Source: Polyangiaceae bacterium (GTDB lineage: Bacteria; Myxococcota_A; Polyangia; Polyangiales; Polyangiaceae). From it: 55,708 nucleotides of DNA. Shown here piece after piece: positions 1 through 8,865 of this stretch. The translations under genes and the position numbers were made by a program. The notes under the pieces were generated by a model. That model saw only the letters and a program-made list of their open reading frames with translations. It did no database searches and was not told the origin of the DNA. How positions within the stretch are numbered: the stretch's first letter is position 1; each line of letters starts with the position of its first letter. The stretch spans positions 1-55,708 of the forward strand of contig JAPSGB010000030.1 of the NCBI GenBank assembly GCA_035063585.1, written 5' to 3'.

Positions 1-38
1 GCTCCGCGCCCGCGACTTCCCGGCCGCGCGCGGAGCGC

Positions 39-530
39 GTGCGGCGGCGGTACGCCGCGCCGTTTCTCACCTTCTGCGCGGGGTTCGGCGCGGCGCTCGG
101 GCTCTCGACGACGCTCGCGCACGCGCGGTGGCTCGCCCCGTGCGCCGCGACGCCCACCTTGGCGGCGCTCCACGCCGCGCCCCTCCGGGCGCGGCCGAGC
201 GCGAGCGCGCTGCCCGCGTCGCGAGCACCCGCCCCGGCGCGGCCCGCATCGGCGTCGCCGAGCGCCGCGCTCGCAGCTGCGCCGAGCCCGTCCGCCCCGG
301 CCGGCGAGCCGCGCGCGGCCGCCGAGCGCGCGACGCAGGTGCGACCGACCGGGTCGCCGGTGCCGAACCCACGGCCTCTCGCGCCCGGCGCGCGCGCGCG
401 CTCCCGGCGCGCGCCACCCGCGCATCGGAAACCGCCCGCCCAGCGCCGTGCGCACACGCCGCCGCTCTGCCGCCCCGCGCCGCCGGCCGCGAGCGACGCC
501 CTCGAGCTACCGCCGCCCCCCGACTTCTAG
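39..530 (+). CDS. hypothetical Pro/Ala-rich protein with N-terminal hydrophobic segment
   Basis: GTG-start ORF; N-terminus MRRRYAAPFLTFCAGFGAALGLS resembles a signal or anchor; rest is low complexity; same strand as downstream operon. Confidence 0.35.
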   Translation: MRRRYAAPFLTFCAGFGAALGLSTTLAHARWLAPCAATPTLAALHAAPLRARPSASALPASRAPAPARPASASPSAALAAAPSPSAPAGEPRAAAERATQVRPTGSPVPNPRPLAPGARARSRRAPPAHRKPPAQRRAHTPPLCRPAPPAASDALELPPPPDF

Positions 531-650
531 TCGCGCCGCGCGGACGCGCGCCGGACCGACCCCACCCGATGGCTCCGGCGCTTCATCGGCGGCGCATGGC
601 TCGCCGACTGCGCTTGCGCCGGGTCGGGCGGAGGTGCTAGCGCGGCGTCC

Positions 651-2057
651 ATGCATCGAATCACCGCGCGCGGCGGCGCGCTCGCGCTCGCGCTCGCCGC
701 GCTCGGCGTGCTCGCCAGCGTCGCTCGGGCCGACGCGCCCGACCACTCGACGACCATCGCGCGACCAGCGGCAGACGCGAACGCGCCGAAGGTGCCGGTG
801 AGCGTCTCGACGCTGCCGAACGGGCTCACGCTGCTGCTGAGCGAGGACCATCGCCTGCCGGTGGTCAGCGTGGAGGTGCGCTACCTGGTCGGGTCGAGCA
901 TGGAGCGGCCCGGTCGCAGCGGGTTCGCGCACCTGTTCGAGCACCTGATGTTCCAGGGCTCCGAGCACTACGACGACGAGTACTTCAAGCCCTTCGAGCC
1001 GGTCGGCGGCTCGGTGAACGGCACCACCAACCAGGATCGCACGAATTTCTTCGAGCGGGTGCCCTCGAACTACCTCGAGCTCGCGCTCTGGATGGAGTCC
1101 GACCGGATGCAGTACCTGCTGCCCGCGCTGAGCCAGGAGAAGCTCGACAACCAGCGTGAGGTCGTCAAGAACGAGCGCCGCCAGAGCTACGAGAATCGCC
1201 CCTACGCGATGAGCTGGCTCTACTTGCAAGAGGCGCTCTTTCCCCCGAGTAACCCCTACCACCACCCCGTGATCGGCTCCCACGCGGATCTCTCGGCGGC
1301 GACCCTCGGCGACGTGCGCGCCTTCTTCGAGGAGTACTATGTGCCGGCGAACGCGGTCCTCACCATCGTGGGGGATTTCGAGGCCGGCGCGGCGCGGAAG
1401 CTCGTAGAGCGCTACTTTGGCGCGATCCCGGCGGGCAAGCGCGCGACGGTCCCGGAAGCGTCGGTGCCACCGCTCGAGCGCGTCGTGCACGAGACGAAGA
1501 CCGACGACGTGAAGCTCCCGCGCGTCTACCTCGCGTGGCCGACCCCGGCGCTCTATCACCCGGGCGACGCGGAGCTCGACCTCCTCTCGAGCGTCCTCTG
1601 CTCCGGCAAGACGAGCCGGCTCTATCTGCCGCTCGTGTACCGTGACAAGCTCGCGAAGGACGTCGCGGCGTATCAGGTGTCGATGCGGCTCGCGAGCTAC
1701 TATGTGGTGCAGGCGACGGCGGCGCCCGGGAAGAGCGTGGACGAGGTGGCGCGCGCGCTCCTCGCGGAGCTCGCGAAGGCGGCCGCGACCGCGCCGAGCG
1801 ACGATGAGATGACGCGCGCCAAGAACGGCTATGAGAAGAGCTTCTTCGAGCGCGTCGAGGGGGTGGGGTCGCGCGCCTCGCTCCTCGCCGGCTACTGGCA
1901 GTTCACCGGCGACGCCGGCTACCTGCCGCAGGATCTCGCGCGCTACACCGGCGCCACCTCCGCCGCCGTCCACGCCGCCATGAAGCGCTACCTCGATTTA
2001 CGCCACTACGTTCGCCTCGACATCGTGCCGGGCACCAAGCCGACGGAGAACCGCTGA
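651..2057 (+). CDS. M16 family zinc metallopeptidase (pitrilysin-like), catalytic subunit, secreted
   Basis: Signal peptide; TLPNGL, inverted zinc motif HLFEH (HxxEH), NGTT-DRTN, EREVVKNER-like segment, YYVPANAVL. Confidence 0.93.
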   Translation: MHRITARGGALALALAALGVLASVARADAPDHSTTIARPAADANAPKVPVSVSTLPNGLTLLLSEDHRLPVVSVEVRYLVGSSMERPGRSGFAHLFEHLMFQGSEHYDDEYFKPFEPVGGSVNGTTNQDRTNFFERVPSNYLELALWMESDRMQYLLPALSQEKLDNQREVVKNERRQSYENRPYAMSWLYLQEALFPPSNPYHHPVIGSHADLSAATLGDVRAFFEEYYVPANAVLTIVGDFEAGAARKLVERYFGAIPAGKRATVPEASVPPLERVVHETKTDDVKLPRVYLAWPTPALYHPGDAELDLLSSVLCSGKTSRLYLPLVYRDKLAKDVAAYQVSMRLASYYVVQATAAPGKSVDEVARALLAELAKAAATAPSDDEMTRAKNGYEKSFFERVEGVGSRASLLAGYWQFTGDAGYLPQDLARYTGATSAAVHAAMKRYLDLRHYVRLDIVPGTKPTENR

Positions 2058-3559
2058 TGCGCCGCTTCACGCTCTCCACGCTCTCGGCGAGCGTCATCCT
2101 CTTCGGCTGCGGAGGCCCAACGCCCCCGGCCGCTCCTGCGCCCGCGCCGAGCGCCTCGTCCATACCGGCCGCTCGCGCGACCGAAGGCGCGGCGGTGAAC
2201 CGCGGCGCGCTGCCCGGGCCCGGGCCGGCGCCGGCCTGGGCGCCCCCCGCCGCCCAGCGCTTCGAGCTGTCGAACGGCGTCCCGGTCTACTTCCTCGAGC
2301 AGGGGGCCACCCCGGTGGCCTCGCTGATGCTCATCATACCGCGCGGCTCGGCTACCGACCCGAGCGGAAAGAGCGGCCTCACCGAGCTCACCGCGGACCT
2401 GCTCGACGAAGGCGCGGGCAAGCTCGGCGCGCTCGAGCTGAGCGAAGCGCTCGAGCTCATCGCGACCAACTACGCCGCAAACGTCGACATCGACAGCACG
2501 GCGCTCACGATGTCTCTGCTCGCCGACGAGCTCGAGCCCTCGGTGAAGCTCCTCGCCGACATCGTCCGGCGGCCAAAGTTGAGCGCCGCGGAGTTCGCGC
2601 GGCGCAAGGCGCAGCACGTCGCGAGCGCGCTAGCCGGCGAGAAGGAGCCAGCGACCGCGCGAGCCGTAGTGCTCCGCCGCGCCCTCTTCGGAGCCGGCTA
2701 CGGCGGCAACGTCGCGCGAGGCACCCGGAGCACGCTCGAGCGCCTCACGCTCGAGGACGTGAAAGGGCACTATCGCCGCCTGGTCCAGCCCGACGGCGCG
2801 GCCTTCGTGGTGGTCGGCAACCTTGGAGTGGAGCCGGTTCGACGCGCGCTCGAGGGCGCCTTCGGCGATTGGAAGGGAAAATCCGACGCCCCGGACGCCA
2901 AACCCGCGACGACCACGGTGGAGCACGCCGTCGCGCTGATAGACTTCCCGGGCGCGACCCAGAGCGCGCTCGGGATCGTGACCCGCGCCGACGGCGAGCA
3001 CGCGACCGACCGCTTCCCCGCAAGCGTGATGAACTGGGCCGTCGGCGGCGCCTTCACCAGCCGCATCAACCTCAACCTACGCGAGGACAAGGGCTACACC
3101 TACGGCGCGTCGAGCACGTTCCTGCGCTGGCAAGAGGCCGGGCTCTTCGGAGTGTTCGCCAACGTGAAGAGCGAGGTGACCCGCGCCAGCGTGGAGGAGG
3201 TGTTCCGCGAGCTCACCGCGCTCTGCAAGGACGAGCCGCTCACCGACCGCGAGCGTGACGAGGCCGTCAGCGGTCTCTTGCTTGGCTTCCCCGGACGCTT
3301 CGAGCATGGCGACGCGATCGCCGGGGAGCTCGCCAATCTCCCCCTCTACGCGCGGCCGCTCGACTATCTCCAGCGCTGGCCAGAGCGCGTTCGCGCGGTC
3401 ACCACCGCCGAGATGAACGCGGTCGCGAAGAAGTACTGCGACCCTTCGGGCTACGTAGTGGTCATCGCCGGCGACCGAAAGTCGGTAGAGCCGTCCCTCG
3501 CGCCGCTCGGGCTCCCCGTCGTCGTCTACGACGCGGAGGGCGTCCGGCAGAAGCCGTGA
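2057..3559 (+). CDS. M16 family peptidase, non-catalytic partner subunit (lipoprotein)
   Basis: Lipobox LFGC; LSNGVPV; HxxEH absent (SGLTELTADLL); FTSRINLNLREDKGYTYG motif; TGATG overlap with upstream gene. Confidence 0.88.
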   Translation: MRRFTLSTLSASVILFGCGGPTPPAAPAPAPSASSIPAARATEGAAVNRGALPGPGPAPAWAPPAAQRFELSNGVPVYFLEQGATPVASLMLIIPRGSATDPSGKSGLTELTADLLDEGAGKLGALELSEALELIATNYAANVDIDSTALTMSLLADELEPSVKLLADIVRRPKLSAAEFARRKAQHVASALAGEKEPATARAVVLRRALFGAGYGGNVARGTRSTLERLTLEDVKGHYRRLVQPDGAAFVVVGNLGVEPVRRALEGAFGDWKGKSDAPDAKPATTTVEHAVALIDFPGATQSALGIVTRADGEHATDRFPASVMNWAVGGAFTSRINLNLREDKGYTYGASSTFLRWQEAGLFGVFANVKSEVTRASVEEVFRELTALCKDEPLTDRERDEAVSGLLLGFPGRFEHGDAIAGELANLPLYARPLDYLQRWPERVRAVTTAEMNAVAKKYCDPSGYVVVIAGDRKSVEPSLAPLGLPVVVYDAEGVRQKP

Positions 3560-3648
3560 CCGAGCGCGCCAGCTCGCGACTTTCGGGCGCGTACCGGCCG
3601 CGCAGCGAAGCTCCGGACGGACGCGCGCGTCGATGTCATACTCGGGCG

Positions 3649-5064
3649 ATGCCGAGTCGACCCACGCGCTGGAGCCTGACCTTCACGTCGACGCTCGCGG
3701 CGCTCGCCGTCTCCTGCTCGAACGGCGAGGAGCCGAGCGACGCAGGCGCCCGACATGCCTGGGCTCCCGGCGAGGTGCTCTACGATACGCCCGCCCCCGA
3801 CCCGCGCGGCTGGCTCGACCTCCGCGGGCTCATCCACGCTCACTCCGTCTACTCCCACGACGCCTGCGACGGCAAGCCGCGCGACGGCGAGACCGGGCCG
3901 GTGAACGAGCCCTGCCTCGACAGCTTCCGGCGCGCGCTCTGCCGAACCGAGCACGACTTCGTCATGCTCACCGACCACAACACCTCCTTCGGAGACTCAG
4001 AGTTCCCGGACGTGCTCCTTTATCGCGAGGCCGCCGGAGACGCGCTCATCCGACGCGACGGCAAGCCGGTCGCGAACCGCGCGGCCTGCCCCGACGAGGG
4101 CCACCCGGTGCTGGTGATGGCCGGCACCGAGTCGGCGACCGTCGCGGTGGGCCTCGAGGCGCACGTCTCGCCGGACATCGAGACCCGCCACGCGGTGTAC
4201 GGTGAAGCGACCGCCGAGGCCATCGAGACCATGAAGGCGCACGGCGCGATCTCGCTATTGATGCACACGGATGAGTGGACGGTCGAGCAAATCACCACCC
4301 TGCCGGTGGATGGCTTCGAGATGTACAATCTCCACGCCAACGCGCTCCGCGGCGCGGGAGGCGCGCTCTCGCTCATCTCGAAGCTTCGTACCCCGGAGGA
4401 GCTGCCGCAGTCGGACCTCGTGTTCCTGCCGATCGTGAACGAAGATCCGCGCTACACGGACACCTGGGGCAGCGTCCTCGCGACGGGCGCGCGGCGCGTG
4501 ACCACGATGGCGACCGACTGTCACGAGAACACGTTTCCGCAGATCCTCCCCGACGGCGAGCGGATCGACAGCTACCGGCGCATGATGCTCTGGTTCTCGA
4601 ACCACCTGCTCGTGAAGCCGAAGCCGGACGGGAGCTGGGACGACACCTCGCTGAAGGACGCGCTCCGTGCCGGGCGCCTATATGGCGCCTTCGAAATCTT
4701 CGGCTACCCGCTCGGGTTCGACTACCACGCCACCGACGGCGACGCGGCGCGCGAGATGGGCGAGGGCGCCTCCCTCGCGGCCGGGGCCACGCTCCACGTC
4801 ACGCGTCCTTCGGTGAGCCTCCTCGATCGGCGCGCGCAAGCTCCCGTCATCACCGTGAAGCTGCTCCGCGCGCGCGAAGGCGGGTGGGACACGGTCGCCG
4901 AAGGCCAGGACGACCTCGACTACACGCCGACCGCGCCCGGCGCGTATCGCGCGGAGGTACGGATCGTGCCGCGCCACCTGCGCGAGTACCTGGCGAGCTA
5001 TGCCGAGCTCGCCGACCAGGACTTCGTCTGGATCTACGCGAACCCGATCTACGTCACCGAGTAG
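3649..5064 (+). CDS. PHP-like (CehA/McbA-type) metallohydrolase lipoprotein
   Basis: Lipobox AVSC; HAHSVYSHD and LTDHN metal motifs; later H, E, DCH; C-terminal YRAEV...WIYANPIYV. Confidence 0.7.
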   Translation: MPSRPTRWSLTFTSTLAALAVSCSNGEEPSDAGARHAWAPGEVLYDTPAPDPRGWLDLRGLIHAHSVYSHDACDGKPRDGETGPVNEPCLDSFRRALCRTEHDFVMLTDHNTSFGDSEFPDVLLYREAAGDALIRRDGKPVANRAACPDEGHPVLVMAGTESATVAVGLEAHVSPDIETRHAVYGEATAEAIETMKAHGAISLLMHTDEWTVEQITTLPVDGFEMYNLHANALRGAGGALSLISKLRTPEELPQSDLVFLPIVNEDPRYTDTWGSVLATGARRVTTMATDCHENTFPQILPDGERIDSYRRMMLWFSNHLLVKPKPDGSWDDTSLKDALRAGRLYGAFEIFGYPLGFDYHATDGDAAREMGEGASLAAGATLHVTRPSVSLLDRRAQAPVITVKLLRAREGGWDTVAEGQDDLDYTPTAPGAYRAEVRIVPRHLREYLASYAELADQDFVWIYANPIYVTE

Positions 5065-5148
5065 GCAGCCACGTCGCGGCCAGGCGCGGCGCAACCGGGC
5101 CGCGCGCAAATTATGCGCGCACTGGTGACGGGTCGTGGTTTTCGTGAA

Positions 5149-5167
5149 ATTGAAAGTCGTTTTCAAT
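5149..5167. promoter_or_regulatory. Fur box upstream of feoAB
   Basis: AT-rich 19-bp palindrome ATTGAAA-GTCGT-TTTCAAT in a very GC-rich background; 5 nt upstream of TAGGCT -10 (5173-5178) of feoA; resembles deltaproteobacterial Fur consensus. Confidence 0.8.
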
Positions 5168-5193
5168 CACGCTAGGCTCCCGGCAAGTCGAAG

Positions 5194-5499
5194 ATGAACC
5201 TCGCGCAAGCCTCGGTTGGAGAGACGGTCGAGATCGAGCACGTCGGCGGAGAGCGCGCGTTCCGGCGTCGCCTCATGGAGCTCGGCTTGGTCCCCGGCAC
5301 GCGAGTCGCGCTCGTCGGGGTCGCGCCGCTCGGCGACCCGCTCGAGCTCTCGGTGCGCGGCTGCAGCTTGTCGATCCGTCGCGCCGACGCGGCGACCGTC
5401 TCGGTGCGGCGCGCCGACGCGCCCGCGGGAGCGGCAGCGCACGGAAGCGCCCCTCGCGACGCTGCTACGCCGCTCGGCCGCTACGCCGAGAGCGCCTGA
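5194..5499 (+). CDS. feoA: ferrous iron transport protein A
   Basis: RRLMELGLVPG...APLGDPLELSVRG...LSIRR FeoA pattern; directly upstream of feoB. Confidence 0.93.
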   Translation: MNLAQASVGETVEIEHVGGERAFRRRLMELGLVPGTRVALVGVAPLGDPLELSVRGCSLSIRRADAATVSVRRADAPAGAAAHGSAPRDAATPLGRYAESA

Positions 5500-5516
5500 G
5501 CGCGGAGCCGACCTCG

Positions 5517-7769
5517 GTGGAGCCTCGTGCCACGACGGCGCGCGTGAAGCAGAGCGCCGCGCCAGGGAGTAAGGTGGTCGCCGTCGATCGCCCGCTGGCC
5601 GTCGTGGTCGGCAACCCGAACGCGGGCAAGACGACCCTCTTCAACCAACTCACCGGCCAGAACGCGCGGGTCGGCAACTACCCGGGCGTCACCGTGGAGC
5701 GGCGCGTCGGCGTGATCCGCTTCGACGGAGAGACCCGCACCGGGCACGACGAGCCGCTCAGCGTCGAGTTGGTGGATGTGCCGGGCGCATACTCGCTCTC
5801 CGCGCGCTCCGCCGAGGAGCAAATCGCGCTCCTCGCGGTGCTCGGCTTCGAGGAGAATCCGCGTCCGGATCTCGCGGTGGTGGTGCTCGACGCCGGGCAG
5901 CTCATCCGGAACCTCTACCTCGCCCTCCAGCTGATCGAGCTCGAGGTCCCGGTCGTCCTCGCGCTCAACATGATCGACGAGGTCTCCGACGACCCTCCGA
6001 GCCCGGAGGCCGTGGGAGCGCTCTTCGGCGTCCCTTGCGTGGCGACCAACGCGCGCAAGGGCGCCGGCATCGCGGAGCTGCGGAGCGCGATCTACGCCGC
6101 GCTTCGCGACCGCGCGCGAGGCCGGGTCGCCGTCGACTACCCCGCTCCGCTCCGGCAGGACCTGGACGCGCTCGTGAGCGCGCTGCCCGCCGCGTGGCGC
6201 TCGAGCGCCGGGAGAGATCGCGCGCTCGCGCTGTGGTCGCTCGCCAGCATCGAGGCGGACGATGAGCTCAGCGGGATCGAGCCTGGTCTGCGTGAGCGCG
6301 TGCTCGCCGTGCGCGAGGCCGCGGGCTCCCGTGACCTCGAAGAGGAGATCATCCTCTCGCGCTACCGCTTCCTCGACCAGCACGCGCCGAGCCTGTACGC
6401 CCAGGTCGAGCGACGCCCGCCCAAGCGTCGAGCCTCCGACCGAGTGGACCGGATCCTGCTTCACCCGGTGCTCGGCTTCCTCATCTTCATCGGCGTGATG
6501 CTGGTGGTGTTCCAGTCGCTCTTTACCTGGGCCGACCCGGCGATCTCGCTCATCGAAGACACCTTCTCCTGGGTGAGCACGCTGCTCATGGCCCACCTAC
6601 CCGCGGGCGTCGTGCGCGACCTCTTGATTCAGGGAGTCATCGGCGGGGTCGGCAACGTGGTGGTGTTCCTGCCGCAGATCCTGCTGCTCTTTCTCTTCAT
6701 CGGGATACTCGAGGACTCGGGCTACATGGCCCGGGTCGCCTACCTCATGGATCGCATCATGAAGGCGCTCGGCCTGCACGGCCGCGCCTTCGTGCCGATG
6801 CTGAGCGGGTTCGCCTGCGCGGTGCCCGCCGTGCTCGCGACGCGCACCATGGAGCGCCGGCGGGATCGGCTGCTCACCATGATGGTGGTGCCGCTCATGA
6901 CCTGCTCGGCGCGCCTCCCCGTCTACACGCTCGTCATCGGCGCGCTGTTCCCCCCCACCAAGGTGTTCGGGTGGGTGCCGGTGCAGGGGCTCATGATGAT
7001 CGGGATGTACCTGTTCAGCGTGATCGTCACTTTGGTGGTCGCGGGCGTGCTCGGCAAGACGGCCATCAAGGGCCGGCGGGTGCCGCTCATCCTCGAGCTC
7101 CCGCCCTATCGCCTGCCGGGCGTCCGCACCACGCTCCGCATGATGTGGGAGCGCTCGACCACCTTCCTCCGCGAGGCGGGCACCATCATCCTCGCGTGCA
7201 CGATCGTGCTCTGGGCGCTGCTCTCGTTCCCGAGGCTGCCCGAGACGGGCGCGGCGACCGCTGCCGCGTCGCCGGCGGCGGCCATCGTCGCCGGCGGTTC
7301 CGCGCCGGACCAACCAACCCCCGAGGCTGCCGCCGACGAGGCGCGCGCGCTCGCGCACAGCTACGCGGGCCGACTCGGTCACCTCATCGAGCCCGCGCTC
7401 GCGCCGCTCGGGTTCGACTGGAAGATTGGCGTCGGGCTCATCGGCGCGTTCGCAGCGCGCGAGGTGTTCGTCTCGACCATGGGGCTCGTGTACGGTGTCG
7501 GGAAGGTAGACGCCGACCAGGCCACGCCGCTCCGCGAGCGCATCCGCGCGGAGACGCGCGCGGACGGCGCGCCCGTGTACCGGCCCGTGGTCGGCCTGTC
7601 GCTCATGGTGTTCTTCGCGCTCGCTTGCCAGTGCATGAGCACGCTGGCGGTGGTGAAGCGTGAGACGCGCTCGTGGCGCTGGCCCGCCTTCATGTTCGGC
7701 TACATGACCGCGCTCGCGTGGTTCGCGAGCTTCCTCGTCTATCAAGGCGGGCGCTTGCTCGGGTTCTAG
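5517..7769 (+). CDS. feoB: ferrous iron transport protein B
   Basis: GTPase motifs GNPNAGKTT, VGNYPGVTVE, DVPGAYSL, NMID; membrane domain with LEDSGYMAR, GFACAVPA, MTCSARLP. Confidence 0.97.
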   Translation: MEPRATTARVKQSAAPGSKVVAVDRPLAVVVGNPNAGKTTLFNQLTGQNARVGNYPGVTVERRVGVIRFDGETRTGHDEPLSVELVDVPGAYSLSARSAEEQIALLAVLGFEENPRPDLAVVVLDAGQLIRNLYLALQLIELEVPVVLALNMIDEVSDDPPSPEAVGALFGVPCVATNARKGAGIAELRSAIYAALRDRARGRVAVDYPAPLRQDLDALVSALPAAWRSSAGRDRALALWSLASIEADDELSGIEPGLRERVLAVREAAGSRDLEEEIILSRYRFLDQHAPSLYAQVERRPPKRRASDRVDRILLHPVLGFLIFIGVMLVVFQSLFTWADPAISLIEDTFSWVSTLLMAHLPAGVVRDLLIQGVIGGVGNVVVFLPQILLLFLFIGILEDSGYMARVAYLMDRIMKALGLHGRAFVPMLSGFACAVPAVLATRTMERRRDRLLTMMVVPLMTCSARLPVYTLVIGALFPPTKVFGWVPVQGLMMIGMYLFSVIVTLVVAGVLGKTAIKGRRVPLILELPPYRLPGVRTTLRMMWERSTTFLREAGTIILACTIVLWALLSFPRLPETGAATAAASPAAAIVAGGSAPDQPTPEAAADEARALAHSYAGRLGHLIEPALAPLGFDWKIGVGLIGAFAAREVFVSTMGLVYGVGKVDADQATPLRERIRAETRADGAPVYRPVVGLSLMVFFALACQCMSTLAVVKRETRSWRWPAFMFGYMTALAWFASFLVYQGGRLLGF

Positions 7770-7795
7770 CCTTGGGGCATCGTCCGAGCACCTGA

Positions 7796-8200
7796 ATGAA
7801 GCACCGAATCGTCCTCGCGTCGTCCTTGGCGCTCGCGATGGCCTCCTCGAGCGCTCGGGCGCTCGACAAGCAGGGCAGCGCGCACGGAGGAAGGGTGGGA
7901 GGGAGCGATCACGGCTTCGCCGCCTCGGGCGCGCTGGTGCTCGGCGCGGCCGTATACAACCCGAGCTACGCTGCGCGCCCCGACAACAGCGGACACGCCC
8001 TCATGCGTCTTGCGCCGCACATGGACATCGACCTCACGCCGGAGCTCGTGGGGCGGTTCGGGGCGTTCGAGGCGCATCTCGCCCACGAGCGCGACCTGCC
8101 GGTCGACCGCTCCGGGCTGGTGCAGGAGCTCCTGCTCGTGCACGGCGTATGGTCGTTCGATCTCACCCGTCTCGCTGGCGCGCCGGAGCCGGCGGAGTAG
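7796..8200 (+). CDS. short secreted hypothetical protein, possibly a truncated outer-membrane protein
   Basis: Signal peptide ending ARA; alternating beta-strand-like segments; 26 nt after feoB. Confidence 0.5.
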   Translation: MKHRIVLASSLALAMASSSARALDKQGSAHGGRVGGSDHGFAASGALVLGAAVYNPSYAARPDNSGHALMRLAPHMDIDLTPELVGRFGAFEAHLAHERDLPVDRSGLVQELLLVHGVWSFDLTRLAGAPEPAE

Positions 8201-8211
8201 GAGCGTCCGCG

Positions 8212-8829
8212 ATGGGCTCCGCCGACCTCGCTGCGCTCCGCCGCGCCGAGCTCCCCCGCGAGTTCTATGCGCGGCCGGTGCTCACGGTGGCGCGCGAGAG
8301 CCTGGGCAAGATCCTCGTTCACGCGACGCCCGACGGCGTGACCGCCGGCCGCATCGTGGAAGCGGAGGCGTATCGCGGCCCGGAGGATCGCGCGGCGCAC
8401 AGCTACCGTGGCCGGCGCACGCCGCGCACCGAGGTGATGTTCGGCCCGGCCGGGTACGGCTACGTCTTCTTCGTGTACGGCATGCACTATCACTTCAACT
8501 TGGTCACCGGGCGCGAGGGAGCGCCCGAGGCCGTCCTCATCCGCGCCGTCGAGCCGGTGCTCGGGAGGGAGTTGATGTCGGTGCGGCGCGGAAGACCCGC
8601 GGACCGCCCCGAGCTCACCAACGGCCCTGGCAAGCTCTGCCAGGCCTTCGCCATCGATCGGGCATGCTACGGCGCCGATCTGTGCGGCCCGACCCTCTTC
8701 TTGGCGGACGCGCCGCGCGCCCGCGCGCGCCGGTCGCCGCGGATCGGCGTCGACTACGCGGGCGAGTGGGCCGAGCGCCCGTGGCGCTTCTACGAGCCTG
8801 ATAACCGCTGGGTGTCGAAGGCGCGCTGA
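8212..8829 (+). CDS. mpg: DNA-3-methyladenine glycosylase (AAG/MPG family)
   Basis: GRIVEAEAY, D-AAHS, YVFFVYGMH, AVLIRAVEP, LTNGPGKLCQA, RIGV, PWRF. Confidence 0.93.
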   Translation: MGSADLAALRRAELPREFYARPVLTVARESLGKILVHATPDGVTAGRIVEAEAYRGPEDRAAHSYRGRRTPRTEVMFGPAGYGYVFFVYGMHYHFNLVTGREGAPEAVLIRAVEPVLGRELMSVRRGRPADRPELTNGPGKLCQAFAIDRACYGADLCGPTLFLADAPRARARRSPRIGVDYAGEWAERPWRFYEPDNRWVSKAR

Positions 8830-8865
8830 CGCTGGATGCGCGAGCGGTGATAGGCTCCCGCGCCG

